This document shows, one piece after another, positions 22,053 to 30,989 of a stretch of 64,000 bases of DNA. The notes under the pieces were generated by a model. That model saw nothing but the letters and a program-made list of their open reading frames with translations, was not told the DNA's origin and searched no databases. Position 1 is the stretch's first letter, and each line of letters starts with the position of its first letter. The translations under genes and the position numbers were made by a program. The DNA comes from Steroidobacteraceae bacterium (GTDB lineage: Bacteria > Pseudomonadota > Gammaproteobacteria > Steroidobacterales > Steroidobacteraceae). The stretch is from NCBI GenBank assembly GCA_046347255.1, contig JAXMGO010000007.1, forward strand, positions 18,031 through 82,030, in the 5' to 3' direction.

Positions 22053-22988
22053 ATGTTCGGTATCGACGTCGGCTGGCTGCCGATCATCATCGTCATCGCG
22101 GTGGTGGTCGTCCTCTCCAAGGCCTGGGTCACCGTGCCGCAGGGCTACGCGTACACGCTCGAGCGCTTCGGGCGCTTCAAGAAGACGCTCGAGCCGGGCT
22201 TCCACCTGATCACGCCGGTGTTCGAGGCCATCGGCCGGCGCATGAACATGATGGAGCAGGTGCTGGACGTGCCGCGCCAGGAAGTCATCACCAAGGACAA
22301 CGCCATGGTCGGCGTCGACGCGGTGGTGTTCTACCAGGTGCTCGATGCCGCCAAGGCGGCCTACGAGGTCGACAACCTGCGCCTGGCGGTCACGAACCTC
22401 ACGATGACCAACATCCGCACCGTGGTTGGCTCGATGGACCTGGACGAGACGCTGTCGAAGCGCGATGACATCAACCACCGCCTGCTGCGGGTGGTCGACG
22501 ACGCGACCATGCCCTGGGGCATCAAGGTCACGCGCATCGAGATCCGCGACATCCAGCCGCCGGCCGACCTGATCGAATCGATGGGCCGCCAGATGAAGGC
22601 GGAGCGCGACAAGCGCGCCAACATCCTCGAGGCCGAGGGTTTCCGCCAGGCCGCGATCCTCAAGGCCGAGGGCGAGAAGCAGGCCGCGGTGCTGCAGGCC
22701 GAAGGCGCCCGCGAGGCCGCGTTCCGCAACGCCGAGGCGCGCGAGCGCCTGGCCGAGGCCGAAGCCAAGGCGACCACGCTGGTGTCGACGGCGATCGCGC
22801 AGGGCAACGTGCAGGCGATCAACTACTTCGTCGCGCAGAAATACGTCGAGGCGATGAAGGACTTCGCCCACTCGCCGAACCAGAAGGTGTTCTTCATGCC
22901 GGTCGAGGCCTCGGGGATCCTCGCCTCGCTCGGCGGCATCGCCGAACTGGCGCGCGACGCCGTGCAGAAGCCGGCGGGAAAGCCGTGA
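22053..22988 (+). CDS. SPFH/band-7 stomatin-like membrane protein
   Basis: N-terminal TM then SPFH domain, followed by a coiled region rich in EAEG/KAEGE repeats. Next gene is NfeD-like, the usual partner. Confidence 0.85.
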   Translation: MFGIDVGWLPIIIVIAVVVVLSKAWVTVPQGYAYTLERFGRFKKTLEPGFHLITPVFEAIGRRMNMMEQVLDVPRQEVITKDNAMVGVDAVVFYQVLDAAKAAYEVDNLRLAVTNLTMTNIRTVVGSMDLDETLSKRDDINHRLLRVVDDATMPWGIKVTRIEIRDIQPPADLIESMGRQMKAERDKRANILEAEGFRQAAILKAEGEKQAAVLQAEGAREAAFRNAEARERLAEAEAKATTLVSTAIAQGNVQAINYFVAQKYVEAMKDFAHSPNQKVFFMPVEASGILASLGGIAELARDAVQKPAGKP

Positions 22989-23001
22989 CGGCACGCGCCA
23001 C

Positions 23002-23460
23002 ATGATCGAATTCGCTTCGCACCTGCAGTGGTGGCACTGGTGGATCGCGGCGGCGGTGCTCGCGGCGACCGAGACCGTGCTGCCCGGGGCGGTGGCGATC
23101 TGGTTCGCCGCCGGCGCCGCCGTCGTCGGCGCCCTGCTGCTGGTGGTACCGCTCCCCTGGCAGCTGCAGCTGGTGCTGTTCGGCGTGCTGTCGGTCGCGG
23201 CGCTGTTCACCTGGCGCCACTTCCGCAGCGGCGGGCCGGAGAGCGGCGAGATGCCGCGGCTCAACCGCCGCGGCGAGCAGTACGCCGGGCAGGTGTGCAC
23301 GCTGCTGGAGGCGATCAGCGGCGGCTACGGCCGCGCCCGCGTCGGCGACACGGTGTGGAAGGTGCGCGGACCGGACCTGCCGGCCGGCGCCAGCGTGCGC
23401 ATCACGGGCGCGGACGGCACGGTGCTGACGGTGGAACCGGCCGGAGGCACTGGCCGCTAG
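23002..23460 (+). CDS. NfeD-family membrane protein (stomatin operon partner)
   Basis: 152 aa with a hydrophobic N-half and a C-terminal OB-like soluble part. Lies immediately downstream of the stomatin-like gene. Confidence 0.75.
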   Translation: MIEFASHLQWWHWWIAAAVLAATETVLPGAVAIWFAAGAAVVGALLLVVPLPWQLQLVLFGVLSVAALFTWRHFRSGGPESGEMPRLNRRGEQYAGQVCTLLEAISGGYGRARVGDTVWKVRGPDLPAGASVRITGADGTVLTVEPAGGTGR

Positions 23461-23512
23461 CGGCGGCACGCGCAGCGCGGATTTCAGTCATCGGAACAAG
23501 GGGGACAGGGCC

Positions 23513-23944
23513 ATGGTGACAGCAGCCGATCTGTTGCAGCAGAAGAAGAGCCCGGCGATCCACGCGATCGAACCGGAATCGCCGGTGCTCGAGGCCGTGC
23601 GGCTGATGGCCGAGCATGGCATCGGCGCGTTGCTGGTGATGAACGGCACGCTGCTGGCCGGCATCGTTTCCGAGCGCGACTACGCCCGCAAGGTGGTGCT
23701 GCTCGGCCGCTCCTCGAGCGAGACGCCGGTGTGGCAGATCATGAGTTCGCCGGTGCATTCGGTCGAGCCGGACGCCAGCGTGCAGCAGTGCATGCAGATC
23801 ATGACCGAGAAGCGCGTGCGCCACCTGCCGGTGATGCGTGCCGGCCGCGTGCTCGGCGTGCTCTCGATCGGCGACCTGGTGCGCGCGGTGCTCGCGGAGC
23901 AGCAGCGCACCATCGCGGAGCTCGAACACTACATCCACGGCTAG
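23513..23944 (+). CDS. CBS-domain pair protein
   Basis: 143 aa with two CBS-like repeats (…GIGALLVMNG…GIVSERD… / …RVRHLPVMRAGRVLGVLSIGDL…). Confidence 0.8.
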   Translation: MVTAADLLQQKKSPAIHAIEPESPVLEAVRLMAEHGIGALLVMNGTLLAGIVSERDYARKVVLLGRSSSETPVWQIMSSPVHSVEPDASVQQCMQIMTEKRVRHLPVMRAGRVLGVLSIGDLVRAVLAEQQRTIAELEHYIHG

Positions 23945-23998
23945 GCCGCGCGCCGGGCCGGAGCCGCCCGGCCCGCGCCGCCCCCGCGCCGCCGCGCG

Positions 23999-25456
23999 CT
24001 ACTTGCGCCAGAACGTCGGCGTGAACAGCACCGCGAAGGTGATGATCTCGATGCGCCCGACGAACATCGCCAGCGAGCACACCCAGGTCTGGAAGGCGTT
24101 CAGCGCCGCGTAGTCGGCGTGCGGGCTCATGATGCCGAGCCCGGCGCCGACGTTGTTGACGCAGCCGATGACCGCGGTGAAGGCCGAGACGAAATCCAGG
24201 CCGGAGGCGAGCAGCGCGAAGGTCAGCACCGCGATCGCCATGAAGTACAGGAAGATGTAGGCGAGCACGCCGTACACCACGCGGTTCGGCACCACCTGCT
24301 GCGCGACCTTCAGCGGCAGCACCGCCTGCGGGTGCACCAGCGTGAACATCTCGCGCAGCGACTGCTTGATCAGCACCAGCGAGCGGAACATCTTGATGCC
24401 GCCGCCGGTCGAGCCGCTGCTGGCGCACAGGCAGGCGAGCAGCAGCATCCACATCGGCGCGAACACCGGCCAGCGGGTGTAGTCGGCGCCGGTGAACCCG
24501 GCGCTGGTGGCGAACGAGACGACGTTGAAGCCACCGTGGCGCAGCGCCGTGAAGAAGTCCGGATAGCTGCCGGTCAGCCACAGGTCGAGCGCCACCGCCA
24601 CGCAGCTCACGCCGATCCAGGCGAGCAGCCAGCGCGCCTCCGGGTCGCGGCCGTAGAGCTTGAGGTCGCCGCGCCGCAGCGCGAGGAAGTGCGTGGTGTA
24701 GTTCATCGCCGCCAGCAGGCTGAAGGCCACCAGCACGGACTCGACCAGCGGCGAATCGAACCAGGCGATGTTGGCGTCGTGCGTCGAGAAGCCGCCGAGC
24801 GCCAGCGTCGAGAGCGCGTGGCACAACGCGTCGAACGGCGTCATGCCGGCGCCCCACAGCGCCGCGAAGCAGGCGGCCGTCAGGATCGCGTACACGGTCC
24901 ACAGCAGGCGCGCCGTCTCGGCGATGCGCGGGCCGAGCGAGAAGTGCTTGAGGCCGCCGGGCGTCTCGGCGCGGTGGATCTGCATGCCGCCGACGCCGAG
25001 CACCGGCAGCACCGCGACCGCCAGCACGATCACGCCCATGCCGCCGAGCCAGGAGAGCGCGTGGCGCCACAGCAGCACCGAGCGCGGCAGGCCGTCGAGG
25101 CCCTCGAGCACGGTCGCGCCGGTGGTCGACAGGCCCGACATGGCCTCGAAGAACGCGTCGGTGAAGCCCAGCTGCGGCAGGTCGAGCAGCAGCGGGATGG
25201 TCGCGACCGCCGCCAGCACCGGCCAGGTGGCCGATACCAGCAGGTAGCCGTCGCGCGGCCGCAGCGTGCCGCGGTAGCGCCAGGTCGCCGCGCGCAGCGC
25301 CAGCCCGAGTCCGCCCGACACGCCGGCGCCGACCAGGAAGCCGACCAGCGCGTGCTCGCCGAGCGCCGCCGCCGTGACGATCGGCGGCACGAAATACAGC
25401 GCGAACAGCGCCAGCATCGCGCCGAGGAAGTTCAGTACGCTGAGGATCGAGCGCAT
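23999..25456 (-). CDS. trkH: Trk-type K+ uptake transporter membrane subunit
   Basis: 485-aa polytopic protein with TrkH/KtrB-like repeated pore segments; adjacent to trkA. Confidence 0.9.
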   Translation of the reverse strand: MRSILSVLNFLGAMLALFALYFVPPIVTAAALGEHALVGFLVGAGVSGGLGLALRAATWRYRGTLRPRDGYLLVSATWPVLAAVATIPLLLDLPQLGFTDAFFEAMSGLSTTGATVLEGLDGLPRSVLLWRHALSWLGGMGVIVLAVAVLPVLGVGGMQIHRAETPGGLKHFSLGPRIAETARLLWTVYAILTAACFAALWGAGMTPFDALCHALSTLALGGFSTHDANIAWFDSPLVESVLVAFSLLAAMNYTTHFLALRRGDLKLYGRDPEARWLLAWIGVSCVAVALDLWLTGSYPDFFTALRHGGFNVVSFATSAGFTGADYTRWPVFAPMWMLLLACLCASSGSTGGGIKMFRSLVLIKQSLREMFTLVHPQAVLPLKVAQQVVPNRVVYGVLAYIFLYFMAIAVLTFALLASGLDFVSAFTAVIGCVNNVGAGLGIMSPHADYAALNAFQTWVCSLAMFVGRIEIITFAVLFTPTFWRK

Positions 25457-25472
25457 GCGCGCCGCGCTCCCG

Positions 25473-26840
25473 TCAGCTCTCGGCCTGGAAGAGCTGCGCG
25501 ACCGCGTCGACGTGGCGCCGGTCGGCGAGGAACACGATCACGTGGTCCTCGTTCTCCACCTGAGTGTCGTGGTGCGCCATGATGACCTGCTCGCCGCGCA
25601 CGATCGCGACGATGCTGGCGCCCTCGGGCAGGCGGATTTCCTCGACGCGCCGGCCGACGACGCGCGAGCGGCCCTCGCCGCCGTGCACCACCGCCTCCAT
25701 CGCCTCGGCCGCGCCGCGCCGCAGCGAATGCACGCGCACCACGTCGCCGCGGCGCACGTGCGCCAGCAGCGACCCGATGGTGATGGTCTGCGGCGAGAGC
25801 ACGATGTCGATGTTGCGGTTCTCCATCAGCTCGCCGTAGGAGGGGCGGTTCACCAGCGCCATCACGCGCCGTGCGCCCAGCCGCTTGGCGAGCATGGCCG
25901 AGAGCACGTTGGCCTCCTCGGAGTTGGTCAGCGCGGCGAACACGTCGGCGCTGTCGATGTTCTCCTCGATCAGCAGCTCCTCGTCGGCGGCGTCGCCGTT
26001 GAGCACGATGGCGTGCTGCAGCAGCTCGGAGATGCGCCGCGCGCGCCGGGCGTCGCGCTCGATCACCTTGACCTGGTTGCTCTTCTCGAGCGTGTGCGCC
26101 AGGCGGAAGCCGATGTTGCCGCCGCCCGCGATCACCAGCCGGCGCACCGGCTCCTCGCTGCGGCGCAGCTCGGCCATCACGCGCTTGAGGTCGTCGGAGG
26201 CGGCGACGAACAGGATCTCGTCCTCCTCCTCGATCACCGTGTCGCCGCCGACCGGCAGCAGCTTGCCGTCGCGGTAGATCGCCGCGACGCGCGCGTCGGT
26301 GTCGGGCAGGTGCTCGCGCAGCGTCCGCAGCTGCTTGCCGACCAGCAGGCCGTCGCGCCGCGCGCGCACGCCGACCAGGTGGACGCGCCCGTCGGCGAAC
26401 TCCACCACCTGCAGCGCGCCCGGGTAGGACAGCAGCCGCGCGATGTGCTCGGTGACCAGCTGCTCGGGGTTGATCCACACGTCGACCGCGATGGCGCCCT
26501 CGGTGAACAGCTGCTCGCGCGTGGTGTACTCGGAGGAGCGGATGCGCGCGATCTTGGTCGGCGTGCGGTAGAGCGCGTGGGCGATCTCGCAGGCCACCAT
26601 GTTGACCTCGTCGCTGCTGGTCAGCGCGACCAGCACCTCGGTGTCGGCGATGCCGGCGGCCTCGAGCACGCCGGGGAAGGCGCCGTGGCCGGCGACCGCG
26701 CGGATGTCGAGCCGGTCCTGCAGGTCGCGCAGCAGCTCCTCGTTGGTGTCGACGACGGTGACTTCATTGGCGGGCTCGCGCGCCAGGTGATGGGCGGCGG
26801 TGCGCCCGACCTGTCCGGCCCCCAGGATCAGGATCTTCAT
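25473..26840 (-). CDS. trkA: Trk system K+ uptake protein TrkA (tandem RCK/NAD-binding)
   Basis: 455 aa. MKILILGAGQVGRT Rossmann motif, and a second Rossmann motif mid-protein (IAGGGNIG). Confidence 0.9.
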   Translation of the reverse strand: MKILILGAGQVGRTAAHHLAREPANEVTVVDTNEELLRDLQDRLDIRAVAGHGAFPGVLEAAGIADTEVLVALTSSDEVNMVACEIAHALYRTPTKIARIRSSEYTTREQLFTEGAIAVDVWINPEQLVTEHIARLLSYPGALQVVEFADGRVHLVGVRARRDGLLVGKQLRTLREHLPDTDARVAAIYRDGKLLPVGGDTVIEEEDEILFVAASDDLKRVMAELRRSEEPVRRLVIAGGGNIGFRLAHTLEKSNQVKVIERDARRARRISELLQHAIVLNGDAADEELLIEENIDSADVFAALTNSEEANVLSAMLAKRLGARRVMALVNRPSYGELMENRNIDIVLSPQTITIGSLLAHVRRGDVVRVHSLRRGAAEAMEAVVHGGEGRSRVVGRRVEEIRLPEGASIVAIVRGEQVIMAHHDTQVENEDHVIVFLADRRHVDAVAQLFQAES

Positions 26841-29021
26841 CTACACCACCTCGAGCTTGGCGTAGCTCAGCATGAGCCACTTCGCGCCCTGGCGCTCGAA
26901 ATTCACGTGCACGCGCGCGTGCGCGCCCTGGCCCTCGATGTCGAGCACCACGCCCTCGCCGAACTTGCCGTGGCGCACGCGCGTGCCGAGCCGCATGCCG
27001 CCCGGCGCCGGCGGTTCCACCACGCGGCCGAAGGGCTGCTCGGCGCGGCGCGTGCTCGCCGGCGCGCTCGGCGCCGCGTGCGGCATGCGGATGCGCGGCC
27101 GCACCTCCTCGAGCAGCTCCTCCGGCACCTCCTGCAGGAAGCGCGAGGGGGCGTTGTAGCTGTCGATGCCGTGCAGGCGGCGCTGCTCGGCGTGCGTCAG
27201 GTAGAGCTGGCGCATCGCGCGCGTCATGCCGACGTAGCAGAGCCGCCGCTCCTCCTCCAGCCCCTCGAGGTCGTGCAGCGAGCGCTGGTGCGGGAACAGC
27301 CCGTCCTCGAGGCCCGCCAGGAACACCAGCGGGAACTCCAGGCCCTTGGCGCTGTGCAGCGTCATCATCTGCACGCAGTCGTCGGCCGGGCCGCCCTGCG
27401 CCTCGCCGGACTCGAGCACCGCGTGCGCCAGGAAGCTCTCGAGCGGCGGCAGCTCGCCCTCGGGCTCGAAGCCGCGTGCGGCGCTCACCAGTTCCTCGAG
27501 GTTCTCGACGCGCGCCTCGCCGCGGTCGGCCTTGTCCTTCTGGTGGTGCTCGATAAGCCCGCTGGCGCGGATCACGTGGTCGACCTGCTCGTGCAGCGGC
27601 AGGCCCGCGACCTCGCGCGCCAGCCGCTCGACGAGCCCGAGGAAGCCCATCAGCGCGAGCGAGCCGCGCGTGCCCGGCGCCTCGGCGACCGCCGTGCCGG
27701 CGGCGCGCCACAGGGAGCTGCCGGCGCCGCGGGCGCCCTCGCGCAGCGCGTCGAGCGTCTTGGCGCCGATGCCGCGCGCCGGCAGGTTCACCACCCGCTC
27801 GAAGGAGCCGTCGTCGTCGCGGTTGGCGGTCAGCCGCAGGTACGCGAGCGCGTCCTTGATCTCGGCGCGCTCGAAGAACCTCAGGCCCCCGTAGACGCGG
27901 TAGGGGATGCGCGCCTGGATCAGCGCCTCCTCGAACACGCGCGACTGGGCGTTGGAGCGGTACAGGATCGCGCACTCGCGCCGCGCGCCGCCGTGCGCGA
28001 TCCAGTCGAGGATGCGCGCCTGCACGAAGGCCGCCTCGTCGCGCTCGTTGTACGCCGAGTAGACGCGCACCGGATCGCCGCGCGCGCCGGCGGTCCACAG
28101 GTTCTTGCCGAGGCGGCTGCTGTTGTGGGCGATGAGGGCGTTGGCGGCGTCGAGGATCGCGCCGGTGGAGCGGTAGTTCTGCTCCAGGCGCACCAGCTGG
28201 CACTGCGGGAAGTCGTTGCGGAAGCGCTGCAGGTTCTCGACGCGCGCGCCGCGCCAGCGGTAGATCGACTGGTCATCGTCGCCGACCGCGAAGGGCACGC
28301 CCTCGGCGCCGACCAGCAGCCGGAGCCACGCGTACTGGATCGCGTTGGTGTCCTGGAACTCGTCGATCAGCACGTGGCGGAAGCGGCGGCGGTAGTGCTG
28401 CAGCAGCTCCGCGTTGTCGCGCCACAGCTCGAAGGCGCGCAGCAGGAGCTCGGCGAAGTCGACCACGCCGGCGCGCCGGCAGGCCTCCTCGTACTCCACG
28501 TACAGGCGGATCAGCTGCTTCTCGGTCGGATCGCCGTTGTCCTTCAGGCCGGCGGGCCGGCGGCCCTCGTCCTTGTGCTTGTTGATGAAGTACTGCACGT
28601 CGCGCGGCGCCCAGCGCTCCTCGTCGAGGCCGAGCGCCTTGACGAGCTTCTTGACGAGCCGCAGCTGGTCCTCGCCGTCGAGGATCTGGAAGGTCTGCGG
28701 CAGGCCGGCCTCGCGCCAGTGCAGCCGCAGCAGCCGGTGCGCGAGGCCATGGAAGGTGCCGAGCCAGAGCGAGCCGCCGGGGATGCCGAGGAGCGACTCG
28801 ATGCGGCTGCGCATCTCGGCCGCGGCCTTGTTGGTGAAGGTGACGGCCAGCACCGAATGGGGCGAGGCGCCCTCGGCGCGGATCAGCCAGGCGACGCGGT
28901 GCGTGAGCACGCGCGTCTTGCCGCTGCCGGCGCCGGCCAGCACCAGCAGCGGGACGAGCGGCGCGGTCACGGCCTCGCGCTGCGCGTCGTTGAGGGGCGA
29001 GAGAATCGGGGAGACGTCCAT
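26841..29021 (-). CDS. uvrD: UvrD/Rep-family ATP-dependent DNA helicase
   Basis: 726 aa. Walker A AGAGSGKTRVLTHRVAWLI and other SF1 helicase motifs. Confidence 0.9.
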   Translation of the reverse strand: MDVSPILSPLNDAQREAVTAPLVPLLVLAGAGSGKTRVLTHRVAWLIRAEGASPHSVLAVTFTNKAAAEMRSRIESLLGIPGGSLWLGTFHGLAHRLLRLHWREAGLPQTFQILDGEDQLRLVKKLVKALGLDEERWAPRDVQYFINKHKDEGRRPAGLKDNGDPTEKQLIRLYVEYEEACRRAGVVDFAELLLRAFELWRDNAELLQHYRRRFRHVLIDEFQDTNAIQYAWLRLLVGAEGVPFAVGDDDQSIYRWRGARVENLQRFRNDFPQCQLVRLEQNYRSTGAILDAANALIAHNSSRLGKNLWTAGARGDPVRVYSAYNERDEAAFVQARILDWIAHGGARRECAILYRSNAQSRVFEEALIQARIPYRVYGGLRFFERAEIKDALAYLRLTANRDDDGSFERVVNLPARGIGAKTLDALREGARGAGSSLWRAAGTAVAEAPGTRGSLALMGFLGLVERLAREVAGLPLHEQVDHVIRASGLIEHHQKDKADRGEARVENLEELVSAARGFEPEGELPPLESFLAHAVLESGEAQGGPADDCVQMMTLHSAKGLEFPLVFLAGLEDGLFPHQRSLHDLEGLEEERRLCYVGMTRAMRQLYLTHAEQRRLHGIDSYNAPSRFLQEVPEELLEEVRPRIRMPHAAPSAPASTRRAEQPFGRVVEPPAPGGMRLGTRVRHGKFGEGVVLDIEGQGAHARVHVNFERQGAKWLMLSYAKLEVV

Positions 29022-29068
29022 CGGGGCCCGCGGTCGGCCGGTAAACGCGCAATTCTACCGCGTCGCGC

Positions 29069-29857
29069 TCACCAGCTGTTGCGCAGCTCCCGCAGGGCGA
29101 GGAACACCGACCGCGGGTCGCCGGGGCCGAGCGCGGGCTGCCGGCGCCGCAGGTTCTCGACCAGTTCCGCCTCCCGCAGCCGGAAGAAGGTGTTGTAGGC
29201 GAGCTCCTCGGCGAGGGTCAGGACCGGCATCGCCTCGGGGGCCGTGCCGGCGGTGCGCGCGTGCAGCGCGCGGGCGACGGCATTCCCCGGCTCCAGGTCG
29301 AGCGTGAACTCGAGGTTGCGCCGCAGGTAGTCGTGGCCGGGGTGGAGGCGCGTGCCGGGGGGGAGCTTTGCCAGCACCTCCGAGCAGGTACGGTACAGGC
29401 TGGCCGGATCGCCGCCGCCGCGGCAGTTGCCGACGCCGGCGTTGAACAGCGTGTCGCCGCTGAAGAGTAGCGGCGCATCGCCCGGGGCGTACAGGCAGAT
29501 GTGCGCCATCGTATGCCCGGGCGTGTCGAGGCACTGCAGGTGCACGTCGCGACCGAGGGTGATGGCATCGCCCCCCTGCAGCGCGCGGTCGACGCCGCCG
29601 ATGCGCGCGGCCCCGGCCGCATGCGCCATGACCCGGGCCCCGGTGGCCGCCACCACGCCGGCGTTGCCCGCCGTGTGGTCCAGGTGCTCGTGGGTGTTGA
29701 GGATCTGCGTGATGGTCCAGCCGCGCTCGCGGGCGCGCGCCAGGACGTCGGCGGCGTTCAGCGGGTCGACGGCCAGGGCCTCGCCGCTCGCCTCGGAGGC
29801 GATCAGGTACTGGTAATTGCGCAGCTCGTTGGCCGCCCAGATGCGTTCGATCAGCAT
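29069..29857 (-). CDS. gloB: hydroxyacylglutathione hydrolase (glyoxalase II), MBL fold
   Basis: 262 aa. THEHLDHTAG metal-binding motif and GloB-like overall sequence. Confidence 0.85.
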   Translation of the reverse strand: MLIERIWAANELRNYQYLIASEASGEALAVDPLNAADVLARARERGWTITQILNTHEHLDHTAGNAGVVAATGARVMAHAAGAARIGGVDRALQGGDAITLGRDVHLQCLDTPGHTMAHICLYAPGDAPLLFSGDTLFNAGVGNCRGGGDPASLYRTCSEVLAKLPPGTRLHPGHDYLRRNLEFTLDLEPGNAVARALHARTAGTAPEAMPVLTLAEELAYNTFFRLREAELVENLRRRQPALGPGDPRSVFLALRELRNSW

Positions 29858-29877
29858 GGCGCGGAGCTTACGTCATA

Positions 29878-30531
29878 ATGGCGCCCATGCAACTGGCCGT
29901 CGTCCCCGTCACCCCGTTCCAGCAGAACTGCTCCGTGCTGTGGTGCGAGCGCAGCCGCGCCGCGGCGATCGTCGACCCCGGCGGCGAGCTCGAGCGCGTG
30001 CTCGCCGTGGTGCGCAAGCAGGGCCTGACGCTCGCGAAGATCCTGCTGACGCACGCGCACCTCGACCACTGCGCCGCCACGGCGGAGCTGGCGCGGCGCG
30101 AGCGCCTGCCGATCGAGGGCCCGCAGCGCGGCGATGCGTTCTGGATCGAGACGCTGGCCGAGCAGGCCGCGCAGTTCGGCTTCCCGCCCGCCGAACGCTT
30201 CGAGCCGACGCGCTGGCTCGAGCACGGCGATCGGGTGCAGCTCGGCGAGGGCGAGCTCGAGGTGCTGCACTGCCCCGGCCACACGCCGGGGCACGTGGTG
30301 TTCTTCGACCGCCCCGGGCAGCTCGCGATCGTCGGCGACGTGCTGTTCCAGGGCTCGATCGGCCGCACGGATTTTCCCGGCGGGGACTACGACACGCTGA
30401 TCGGCTCGATCCGCGAGCGCCTGTTCCCGCTGGGCGACGACGTGCGCTTCCTGCCCGGCCACGGCCCGATGTCCACCTTCGGCGCCGAACGGCGCGGCAA
30501 CCCCTTCGTCGCCGACAGCCTGTTCCGGTGA
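29878..30531 (+). CDS. MBL-fold metallo-hydrolase (YcbL-like)
   Basis: 217 aa. THAHLDHCAA motif and HCPGHTPGHVVFF. Confidence 0.8.
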   Translation: MAPMQLAVVPVTPFQQNCSVLWCERSRAAAIVDPGGELERVLAVVRKQGLTLAKILLTHAHLDHCAATAELARRERLPIEGPQRGDAFWIETLAEQAAQFGFPPAERFEPTRWLEHGDRVQLGEGELEVLHCPGHTPGHVVFFDRPGQLAIVGDVLFQGSIGRTDFPGGDYDTLIGSIRERLFPLGDDVRFLPGHGPMSTFGAERRGNPFVADSLFR

Positions 30532-30947
30532 ACGCAGCGCGCGAGCTCGAGGCCGCCTATCGCGCCACCGACTACGTGGTCGAGGCGGCGGAAGGCCGCT
30601 TCACCCTGCGCGTCGACGAGGCGAGCGCCGCGCTCGCGGCGCTGCACGCGCGCCGCGGCGTGAGCGGCTCCATCTACCTGAGCGCCTGGAACCCGGGCAG
30701 CACCGCGCTGCCTTCGGACCGGAACCACGCCGCGCACGCGCGGCTGCTCGCGGCGCTGGCCGCGGCCGGCCTCGAGGCGATCGAGGGCTGGGGGCGGGAC
30801 CCGAGCGGCGAATGGCCGGCGGAACGGAGCCTCCTGGTGCCCGGCCTGCCGCCCGAGCTGGCCCTGGAGCTGGCGCGCCGCTTCGGCCAGAACGCGTTCC
30901 TGCAGGCGGCCGCGGACGCGGTGCCGCGGCTGGTTTGGGCCGGATAG
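30529..30947 (+). CDS. DUF3293-like hypothetical protein
   Basis: GTG start overlapping the upstream stop (GTGA); 139-aa conserved hypothetical protein. Family assignment is from memory. Confidence 0.5.
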
Positions 30948-30989
30948 ACCGCGATATACAATGTCCGCGAACTCAGGGAGGGGGGAGCC